Assembly (NCBI GenBank): GCA_950097015.1
Contig: CATNEN010000038.1
Coordinates: 10,354,001-10,418,000, forward strand
Length of the DNA: 64,000 nt
Direction: 5' to 3'
From: Macrostomum hystrix
Lineage: Eukaryota > Animalia > Platyhelminthes
The notes below the pieces were generated by a model. It did not search any database. It saw only the letters and a program-made list of their open reading frames with translations, and was not told where the DNA came from. Every line of letters begins with the position of its first letter. The stretch's first letter is position 1. This document shows positions 38,655 through 49,235 of this stretch, in pieces. The position numbers and the translations under genes were made by a program.

Positions 38655-39645
38655 TTGAGTTTCAGCGTTTTTGGGGTATGAGGGTTTGGGTTTACGGGTT
38701 TGGGGTATGAGGGTTTGGGGTATGAGGGTTTGGGGTATGAGGGTTTGGGGTATGAGGGTTTGGGGTATGAGCATTTTGGGGGTTTGAGCATTTTGGGGGT
38801 TTGGGGTTTTAGGGATTGGAGTTTGAGGGTTTTGATGGCTTGATGGTTTGGGGTTTGAGCGTTTTGGGGGTTTGAGGGTTTGGGGTATGAGGGTTTGGGG
38901 TCTGGGGTTTGAGGGTTTGGGGTATGAGGGTTTGGGGTATGAGGGTTTGGGGTATGAGGGTTTGGGGTATGAGGGTTTGGGGTATGAGCATTTTGGGGGT
39001 TTGAGCATTTTGGGGGTTTGGGGTTTGAGGGATTGGAGTTTGAGGGTTTTGATGGCTTGATGGTTTGGGGTTTGAGCGTTTTGGGGGTTTGAGGGTTTGG
39101 GGTATGAGGGTTTGGGGTCTGGGGTTTGAGGGTTTGGGGTTTGAGGGTTTGGGGTATGAGGGTTTGGGGTATGAGGGTTTGGGGTCTGGGGTATGAGGGT
39201 TTGGGGTTTGAGGGTTTGGGGTATGAGGGTTTGGGGTCTGGGGTATGAGGGTTTGGGGTATGAGGGTTTGGGGTATGAGGGTTTGGGGTATGAGCATTTT
39301 GGGGGTTTGAGCATTTTGGGGGTTTGGGGTTTGAGGGATTGGAGTTTGAGGGTTTTGATGGCTTGATGGTTTGGGGTTTGAGCGTTTTGGGGGTTTGAGC
39401 ATTTTGGGGGTTTGGGGTTTGAGGGATTGGAGTTTGAGGGTTTTGATGGCTTGATGGTTTGGGGTTTGAGGGTTTGGGGTATGAGGGTTTGGGGTCTGGG
39501 GTTTGAGGGTTTGGGGTTTGAGGGTTTGGGGTATGAGGGTTTGGGGTCTGGGGTTTGAGGGTTTGGGGTTTGAGGGTTTGGGGTATGAGGGTTTGGGGTC
39601 TGGGGTTTGAGAGTTTGGGCGTTTTGAGTTTGAGCGTTTTGGGGT
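38655..39645. repeat. G/T-rich compound satellite with a 15-bp core and higher-order blocks
   Basis: ggggtatgagggttt core; a ~100-bp block gagcattttggggg...gatggcttgatgg recurs at ~38770, ~38985 and ~39290. Confidence 0.93.
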
Positions 39646-40460
39646 CTGACCCGGGTCTCAGGTTCCAATGGCTTAAGGGTTGGGTGTTTCTGTGCAACAA
39701 TGCTTCTAGTACTCCGAATTGGAAAATTGATAAAAAAAACCAAAGCCATAAAGACGTTGCTATCAATCAAACCCGTTGCTATCCAGTTTAACATCACAAC
39801 ACCCACAAGAGCCTTTATTAAAATCACAATCGGTCTGTTTCGCTTAGCAACGCGGCAGCAACAATAGTACAAAGAGATGTTAAATGAGTTGTTTGAATTG
39901 AAAGAAAAAAGCTGAGACAATAACAACAGGCGGTTAGCTTCAGATCTTATAGCTCAACGGAATAGAAAACTGCCACAGTAGCTTTCATCGCTGCTCTACA
40001 AAGCGAGGTAAAAAATAGAAATTTTGTTGTCCTTTTGTTCTCTGCAACTATTGACAGATGCTTTTCTGATTGTTTTAAACAAACAAAATGACTTGGCTCA
40101 ATTCCCAGAATTGATACTAGGAAAATAGTTGTGGCCATTGTTTGGTTTTTTTAATTTGATTTTCTGTGATCTCGGCAATTTTGCAATTGTCTCCTATCAC
40201 AAACTAACTGTGTGCTCATGACACAAAAACTATTACTGCCAGCAAGTTCCTTAAATTGTACTCATATTGACTGTATACATGAGTTGTCAATTTGAGTACC
40301 ACTTGAGTAGTCTATTTGGTCTATTTTAGTAGTCTACCACATGAGATTCAATTTGAGTACTACATGAGTCGTCATTTTGAGTACAACAAGAGATACAATT
40401 TGAGTACTACTTGTGCCACTTGAGTAGTCTTTAAGTCCGATTCCAGCAGATCTTTGAGTC

Positions 40461-42254
40461 CTATTTGGTGCTTGCAGCGGTGCTGCTGTCTCGGCTGCTC
40501 ACCCATCCGGTCATCCGGCCGAGCAGGCAGGCCTTCAGGCAGCGACGAAACTCGGTGCAGCGCCAGGCCAGCAGCAGCCAGCTGAGGCACAGCTCGTAGA
40601 CGATCAGCAGCTCGCTGACGCGGCAGAGCAGGACAACAGCACGCAGGTTAGCCGGATTGGTGCCTGGCGCCTGGCTCATTGTGAAGGCCAAGACTGTGGC
40701 GGCTACACACGGCAGCGAGCTGGCCACGAGAGCTCCGGACATGACTAGGCAGACCAGGCAGCTGCGAACTCCGCCATCAACAGCAGAGCCAACTCGGGCC
40801 CGGAGCCTCGGCCCGGAGATGAGGTCCTGGTGGCGCTGAAGAATGCGCCAGACGCGAACGGCCAGAGCCGCGTTAACAGCAAGCATCGTCAGGATGAGAA
40901 GGGCTGGCGGGTAGCCCAGCCCAATGCCGTAGAAAAAGTTCATTCCGGCCACAATGCCCGAATCGTAGGCGAATTTGGCGCAGGAGACGGCTCCGCTGGA
41001 GGCGCTGACAATCCAGCGCGAGGTGCCCAGCTCGTAGCCCGCCATGACAACGGTTGCTAGGCAAGCCAACAGGCATGCTCGAATTGCTGTACCACGGCCT
41101 GGGGTGTTAATAGTAAAAAAGTCGCAGATAGTCTATGGTCAATATACCCTTATTAGGAGCCGAAGCCTGAATCACTGGACAAGCTGCTTCCGGAATCGAA
41201 GCAGGAATCGCAGCTAGAGTCAAAGCAAGCAAGAACCGCAAACAAGATCGAAGTAGGAACATTGACCGGGAATCGCAGCAAGAGTTGCTAGTAAAGATTC
41301 AAACTAGGAATCGTACCAGGCAAAGGCTGTAAGCATAGGCGGTCGGTGTCAGAGCGGTTATCGCGTTTGCCTCTCGCACCACGAACCCTAAGTTCGATTC
41401 CACGGCGAGGCCACATTCATTTGTGGGCTTGTCGTGCAATTTACGCCCTTGAGGGCCAACCTCCAAGGCACAGTGAGAGTGTACACTGCCTGACGATTAT
41501 TATTATTATTATTATGATTATTATTATTATTATTATTATTATAAGGCTGTAAGCATTGTAAAAGCTGCTTCTAGAATCGTTCCAGGAATCGCATCAAGAA
41601 TCGAAGCACGAGCTGCATCCGAGCTGAGCAGGAGCAAGAGCACGAGATGCTTCGATTCGATTCGGCTCTTGCTTCGATTCTAGCTGCGATTCCTGGTTGT
41701 CTCAGATTGTCTAAGAATCCCTAGAAGTTCTCACCGAAGCGCTGGCAGAGGAAAGGCCGGTAGATGGCTAGGACCCGGTCTAGTGACATGGCGGTTGGCA
41801 GGCCGTAGGTCAGCAGGATCAGCCAGGCCTGCAGGAAGCTGACAGTCCGACAGGCAGCGTCCGAGGCGTTGCCGACGATGAAGCCAACTGAGCCGGCGCT
41901 GAGCCAAGGCAGGCCGTAGGGTAGAAAAAATTTGAGCAGTCCGAAGTTGAGCACAAAAGCGCAGCTGGCTGCAGACGACAGGCCGAGGTAGACCCCCTGC
42001 CTGCTCCGCTCCTTGGCTCTGGCTCGGCTGAGCAGCAGCCAGGTTGCCAGGGCGTTGCCGGGCACGCCGACCAGCAGGAGGGCGAGAGTAGGGACGCCTG
42101 ACAGAACGCCGAGAATCGAACCCAGGGCACACAGCAGACGCTGTGAGTCGGTTCTGTCCACCGACCAGCAGGGCTGCAGCAGGTAGGCCAGCGAGAAGCT
42201 GAAAAATCCTGACGATGGATTCGGCGTCGGTGTCGATGAGTTTAGCTGGGCCAT
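40461..42254 (-). CDS. Divergent class A GPCR, ~385 aa. Exons 42254-41735, 41098-40461
   Basis: VGVPGNAL (TM1), SDAACR, AMSLDRVLAIYRPF (DRY variant), TM5 GYPPALLIL..NAAL, TM6 VASSLP, C-terminal FRRCL helix 8; phase-1 GT-AG intron. Confidence 0.85.
41337..41542 (+). mobile_element. SINE family B, shortened copy with TSD, in the GPCR2 intron
   Basis: tRNA-like head, (ATT)n tail, 14-bp TSD aaggctgtaagcat at 41323-41336 and 41543-41556. Confidence 0.88.
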
Positions 42255-42564
42255 AGCAACGGTTGCTATGCTGGACGAGTTTGAGATCGAGTTTGTTAGA
42301 ATCGTCTCTTGTCACCAGGCTGACTTTCATTTATAGAGAGAAATATTCTAGATTAACTAACGATGATTGGCTAAATCATATTTGAGTCACAATGTCTCTA
42401 CTAAAAATCCAGGCGGCAGTTCCCTGCTGGCTTTGAATGAGCAGCTAAAAAATTCGAAACTCAATTGAAAAACGAACTGCCTTTAATGTTTTGTGAAACA
42501 TATTTTTTTCAGCTTTATGAATTGTGAATATATTTCTGAGTGGTCAACGTCAAGGGATTGAAAT

Positions 42565-43480
42565 TTTGGGGATTGTGAATCTATGGAGATTGTAAATCTT
42601 TGGGGATTGTGAATCTATGGGGACAGTGAATCTATGGGGACTGTGAATCTATGGGGATTTTGAATCTATGAGGATTGTAAATCTATGGGGATTGTGAATC
42701 TATGGGGATTGTGAATCTATGAGGATTGTAAATCTATGGGGATTGTGAATCTGTGGGGGTTGTGAATCTATGAGGATTGTAAATCCATGAGGATTTTGAA
42801 TCTATGGGGATCATGAATGTATGGGGATTGTGAATCTATGGGGATTGTGAATCTATGAGGATTGTGAATCTATGATGATTGTGAATCTGTGGGGATTGTG
42901 AATCTATGAGGATTAGGAATCTATGAGGATTGGGAATCTATTGGGATTGTGAATCTATGGGGATTGTGAATCTATGGGGATTGTGAATCTATAATGATTG
43001 TGAATCTGTGGGGATTGTGAATCTATGAGGATTAGGAATCTATGAGGATTGGGAATCTATTAGGATTGTGAATCTATGGGGATTGTGAATCTATAAGGAT
43101 TGTGAATCTATGGGGATCGTGAAACCATGAGAATTGTGAATCTATGAGGATTGGGAATCTATGGGGATTGTGAATCTATGGGGATTGTGAATCTATGATG
43201 ATTGTGAATCTGTGGGGATTGTGAATCTATGAGGATTAGGAATCTATGAGGATTGGGAATCTATTGGGATTGTGAATCTATGGGGATTGTGAATCTATAA
43301 GGATTGTGAATCTATGGGGATCGTGAAACCATGAGAATTGTGAATCTATGAGGATTGGGAATCTATGGGGATTGTGAATCTATGGGGATTGTGAATCTAT
43401 GGGGATTGTGAATCTATGGGGATCGTGAAACCATGAGAATTGTGAATCTATGAGGATTGGGAATCTATGAGGATTGGGAG
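42565..43480. repeat. 18-bp minisatellite
   Basis: gattgtgaatctatg(g/a)gg. Confidence 0.95.
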
Positions 43481-44362
43481 ACTATATTTCTAAAATAATA
43501 TATTTCTAAAAACGATCGTTTTAGTTAGGTGTTTCTACTTTTAGTAGTATAAAACGGTAAAATCATGTGCACTTGTTGTTCATACAAATTCGCTACACAA
43601 TGTAGTGCACACAATACTTCAGCACTCTACACTGTCATTTTGCTTGCTTTCGATGGTTAAAGCTGTGGAAAAAGATTTGATTAACGTGTGGAAGGCATGG
43701 AAAATCCCTAATGTGAATACATTTATTACTCATTTGCGCATGGCCCTAGCAGACAGACAGAATGTTAGATAGATCCCTATTTTCTATAGTCCGGGACTTT
43801 TCCAGTAAGCGCCACACCCTAAAAACGTTTTTTCTGACAGCTTCAAAGTGGAATCATCTATATTGGTTCGCGCTTTTTGCATTACCCGGCGGTAATCCAG
43901 AGCAGATAACTTTCACTCACACAGGCCTGTGTGCTCAGAGTTCTTCCCCTGAAGTCCTGGCCTTCTCTTGTCCCCAACTAAAGTGGATAGGAAAATATTA
44001 GATAGGATTTAGGATTGGACGCGGATAGGAAATCTAGTAAGGGAATTAGGATCTAGTGTACATTGCAAAGCTGCAGCAACAGCAGCAGCAGCAGCAACCT
44101 TTGGACGGTCGGACACGCTTCTGAGAGGTTCTGGGATCTGCGGCCCTGTACTTGAATCCCAATTTTCATTGGCTCCCACGTCGACAACCTCGCGGGGTAG
44201 AAGATGGAAGGAGAGAAGGGATAAAATGGAGATTCGAGTGGCACAGGAGGAAGAGAATGTACAGGCTGCTGTCTCTTATCCTTTTTAACTTTATTTGGTT
44301 ATTTTTCATTCCGAAATTTCTGAGCTATTCGCACCCTTAAAAACTGCTTTGCGATTACAAGA

Positions 44363-46504
44363 ATGAGCAAATATTCGCCTAAGACAACTTTGGTGACGAT
44401 GCTGCTGCTGCTGCTGTTACTGCAATTCTTGTTCTACGTCTCAGGTCAAGGTGAGATTGAGTGTTAGTTTACTGAGAACGACAGAAATTGCTAGTGTAGA
44501 TTGGGAATCTATGGGGATTTTGAATAAGTGGGGATTGTGAATCTATGGGGATTGTGAATCTATGAGGATTGTGAATCTCTGGGGATTGTGAATCTATTAG
44601 GATTGTGAATATATGGGGATTGTGAATCTATGGGGATTGTGAATTAGTAGGGATTGTGAATCTATGGGGATTGTGAATATATGGGGATTGTGAATCTATG
44701 GGGATTGTGAATATATGGGGATTGTGAATCTATGGGGATTGTGAATCTATGGGGATTGTGAATATATGGGGATTGTGAATCTATGGGGATTGTGAATTAG
44801 TAGGGATTGTGAATCTATGGGGATTGTGAATTAATGGGGATTGTGAATCTATGGCGATTGTGAATTAGTAGGGATTGTGAATCTATGGGGATTTTGAATT
44901 AGTGGGGATTTTGAATCTATGGGGATTGTGAATCTATGGGGATTGTGAATCTATGGGGATTGTGAATGTATGGGGATCGTGAAACCATGAGAATTGTGAA
45001 TCTATGAGGATTGTGAATCTATGAGGATTGGGAAACTATTGGGATTGTAATCCTATGTGCATCGTGAATCTGTGGGGATTGTGAATCTATTGGGATTGTG
45101 AATCTATGAGGATTGTGAATCTATGGGGATTTTGAATCTATGGGGATTGTGAATCTATGAGGATTGTGAATTAGTAAGGATTGTGAATATATGGGGATTG
45201 TGAATCTATGGGGATTGTGAATTAGTAGGGATTGTGAATCTATGGGGATTGTGAATTAATGGGGATTGTGAATCTATGGGGATTGTGAATCTATGGGGAT
45301 TGTGAATCTATGGGGATCGTGAAACCATGAGAATTGTGAATCTATGAGGATTGTGAATCTATGAGGATTGTGAATCTATGAGGATTGGGAAATTATTGGG
45401 ATTGTAAACCTATGTGCATCGTGAATCTGTGGGGATTGTGAATCTATTGGGATTGTGAATCTATGAGGATTGTGAATCTATGGGGATTTTGAATCTATGG
45501 GGATTGTGAATCTATGAGGATTGTGAATTAGTAGGGATTGTGAATATATGGGGATTGTGAATCTATGGGGATTGTGAATTAGTAGGGATTGTGAATCTAT
45601 GGGGATTGTGAATTAATGGGGATTGTGAATCTATGGGGATCGTGAAACCATGAGAATTGTGAATCTATGAGGATTGTGAATCTATGAGGATTGGGAAACT
45701 ATTGGGATTGTAAACCTATGTGCATCGTGAATCTGTGGGGATTGTGAATCTATTGGGATTGTGAATCTATGAGGATTGTGAATCTATGGGGATTTTGAAT
45801 CTATGAGGATTGTAATTCTATGGGGATTGTGAATCTATGGGGATTTTGAATCTATGAGGATTGTGAATCTATGGGGATTGTGAATCTATGGGGATTGTGA
45901 ATCTATGGGGATTGTGAAGTAATGAGGATTGTGAATCTACAGCCTTGATTCAGTAAACTGAGGCGAAAATAAGGACGGTTTTCCAGTCCACGGACTGAAG
46001 AGATGTACACTCAATGCATCTAATCTCAAGGCATCCCCACAAACTCAATCCCCACAAACCGCAGTTTTCCCATCGGACTCCGCTGGCGGAATCTCCTGCT
46101 TCCAGTGCCACTCGGTCAACAACTCGGATCCCAGCTGTCGCGATCCGTTCAACGCCTCGCTGTTTTCTCAGAAATCCCAGATGTGCTACGAGGGTCGGCC
46201 AGGAAGGAGGGGCAGCTTTCCCGGCCGCTACTGCTTCAAGATCAAAGGCGTCCGGTCCTCCGACGGCGTCGAGGTAATCGTGCGTCGATGCAGTGTCGAC
46301 ACGCTGGTTGACAACTCATTGAAGAGTCACAGCGGCTACTTCAAGATCCAGAGCGTCAATGAGTCAACGCAGCAGTTCTATGGCACCGTGTCCATGTGCC
46401 GCTTCGACGGCTGCAACTCAGCGACATCGAGTGCTTCTCTGAGCCCGGCTGCACTTTTGCTGCTGTCCACTGTGGCTTTGTTGGCCGACTGGCTGTCTGA
46501 ATAG
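44363..46504 (+). CDS. Ly6/uPAR three-finger (quiver/sleepless-like) protein with signal peptide and GPI-type tail, ~175 aa. Exons 44363-44450, 46065-46504
   Basis: Signal peptide MSKYSPKTTLVTMLLLLLLLQF; ISCFQCHSVNNSDPSCRDPF, YCFKIKG, IVRRC, MCRFDGCNSA; hydrophobic C-terminus; phase-1 intron. Confidence 0.88.
44499..45938. repeat. 18-bp minisatellite (same unit as 42565-43480) filling the Ly6 intron
   Basis: gattgtgaatctatgggg with shared variants such as gatcgtgaaaccatgaga. Confidence 0.95.
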
Positions 46505-47349
46505 ATGGAGTGACTCTCTCTCTCTATCTCTGAATAGATGGAGTGACTCTCTCTCTATCTCTGAATAAATGGAGTCACTCTCTCTCTATCTCTGAATAGA
46601 TGGAGTGACTCTCTCTCTATCTCTGAATAAATGGAGTGACTCTCTCTCTATCTCTGAATAGATGGAGTGACTCTCTCTCTATCTCTGAATAGATGGAGTG
46701 ACTCTCTCTCTATCTCTGAATAGATGGAGTGACTCTCTCTCTATCTCTGAATAGATGGAGTGACTCTCTCTCTATCTCTGAATAGATGGAGTGACTCTCT
46801 CTCTATCTCTGAATAGATGGAGTGGCTCTCTCTCTATCTCTGAATAGATGGAGTGACTCTCTCTATCTCTGAATAGATGGAGTGACTCTCTCTATCACTG
46901 AATAGATGGAGTGACTCTCTCTATCTCTGAATAGATGGAGTGACTCTCTCTCTCTATCTCTGAATAAATGGAGTGACTCTCTCTATCTCTGAATAAATGG
47001 AGTGACTCTCTCTCTATCTCTGAATAAATGGAGTGACTCTCTCTATCTCTGAATAAATGGAGTGACTCTCTCTATCTCTGAATAAATGGAGTGACTCTCT
47101 CTCTATCTCTGAATAAATGGAGTGACTCTCTCTATCTCTGAATAAATGGAGTGACTCTCTCTCTCTATCTCTGAATAAATGGAGTGACTCTCTCTCTATC
47201 TCTGAATAGATGGAGTGACTCTCTCTCTCTATCTCTGAATAGATGGAGTGACTCTCTCTCTCTATCTCAGAATAAATGGAGTGACTCTCTCTCTCTCTCT
47301 GAATAAATGGAGTGACTCTCTCTATCTCTGAATAAATGGAGTGACTCTC
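46497..47349. repeat. ~30-34-bp minisatellite beginning at the Ly6 stop codon
   Basis: ctgaata(g/a)atggagtga(ct)n atct units. Confidence 0.95.
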
Positions 47350-48129
47350 CCAGCATAGTTTGATGCAAATGCAAATAATATTTACAGGATTATATTTTTG
47401 GCTGAGGTATAACTGAATACTGCTAACATTCTGCTTACAAAGTGTTCCATTCTGTGAACTAGAAATTGTATAATAAAATGTTTGCTTATTGTTCTGTGTT
47501 CCGAAAAGTAATGCTTACTTTGGGCATATCTGCTAATTGCTTAAGTGCAACAAAATAGAGACTTTTAATATTTGTCTGTGTCAAACGATAAATTATATGT
47601 CTATTTTAACGAAAGAAATATTTACCCTTTTACAGTAAAATATTCGTTCTAATAATATCACTCCTAATATATATGTTTTTCTGTGTATGATTTTCGCTGT
47701 GTTTTTATGTGTTGTTTTCATCACACAAAAGCCCATGAAAAATATTTGCCGATATCATTGAGTCAATTTTTTTTCAATATTCTCTTATTCCTACTAATAT
47801 AGTAGTGCGCACAGAAAATTTAACTTTTCAATGACGAGTTAAAAATGAACTATGACGAATTCAAGTGACGTGTCATTGCAAAATAGAATTCACAGATTAT
47901 ATTTTAGAAGTTCGAATTTGAACTTCCAAAATTTGAGGAATTTATTAGATCCTAGAAATACCTAGAAATCCTAGAAATCCATCAAAATCCATCAAAGGAG
48001 CTAGGTAGATGAATTTTAATGTTCACCAAATTTCGGGATTTCAAGAATTTCGGAAACAGACAGTTTTTTATTGTAGGCTTTGTGAGCTCGTGAGTTTTTA
48101 GCTGATTTTGATTTTTGGGGAAAAATGAT

Positions 48130-48680
48130 TTTTAGGATTTTGATAAATTCTGTGGCTTCGATGGATTTTAAGGATTTTGATGGATTTTGTGGATTTGAGG
48201 GATTTTGGGGATTTTTTTATTTCGGGAATTTGGTAAATTTTAGGGATTTAATGGATTTTGGGGATTTGATGGATTTTGGGGATTTGATGAATTTTGGAGA
48301 TTTGATGAATTTTGGAGATTTAATGGATTTTTGGGATTTGATGTAACTTATGGATTTAATGGATTTTGGGGATTTAATGGATTTTGGGGATTTGATGTAT
48401 TTTGTGGATTCAATGGATTTTTTGGATTTGATGGGTTTTGGGGATTTGATGGATTTTGGGGATTTGATGGGTTTTGGGGATTTGATGGATTTTGGGGATT
48501 TGATGGATTTTGGGGATTTGATGGGTTTTGGGGATTTGATGTAACTTGGGGATTTGATGGATTTTTGGGATTTGATGGATTTTCGAAATTTGATGGATTT
48601 TCGGAATTTGATGGATTTTGGGGATTTGATGGATTTTGGGGAATTCGTGGACTTTGGGTATTTGATTTTGGATTTTGGGG
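48130..48680. repeat. 18-bp degenerate minisatellite
   Basis: ggattttggggatttgat. Confidence 0.9.
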
Positions 48681-48751
48681 ATCTAACGAGTTTTGAGATT
48701 TAAGTGACTTTATGATTTCCCTCGAAATCCCAAAGTGCCTCAAATTGAATT

Positions 48752-49070
48752 GCCGTGATGACACCGGACTGTCTATCGGAGTGCTTTATGGGGACACGCC
48801 GCACCTGTTCGTTCTAGTGCTCGACTGGTTGCTTCGCACTGCCCTGCCGACTAACGATGACGGTTTTCCGTTGCCGCGACGCGTGGTACGACGCCAACCT
48901 GAGAGCACGCCCTGCTGCCCTTGACTGTCCAGGGCGCCCAGCGGCAGCTGGACAAGCTGGTTGCCGCTGCTTCGAGGGTCGGCCTGGTGGTCAACACGCT
49001 AAATATCGTCGTGCTCTGCGTGCCGGGCGACACCGAGGTCATTATTTTCTGCCGAGGCCCTGACGGGCAG
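48752..49070 (+). pseudogene. Degenerate RTE-type LINE reverse transcriptase fragment
   Basis: GVLYGDT..LFVLVLDWLLRTALPTNDDGF and GAQRQLDKLVAAASRVGLVVN; homologous to 59556-60295 but with deletions and frameshifts. Confidence 0.85.
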
Positions 49071-49235
49071 GACTATTATTTGTTATTTAATGGTCTGAGG
49101 CGGCTTTAGCATATTTTTTATTAAATAGAGTCAGTCATTGTTGGGTTTTTAAATCAATCAGTGCAGAATTGAACTTTAATTGTAATGTTACAGGCCTAAA
49201 TAATATTTTGATAGCCTAACAATCCCACCGCTGTT

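Noticed and set aside
38435-39926. Pro-rich extensin-like ORFs of 436-443 aa
   Set aside because: Open in all three minus frames because of the C-rich repeat; no unique domain.
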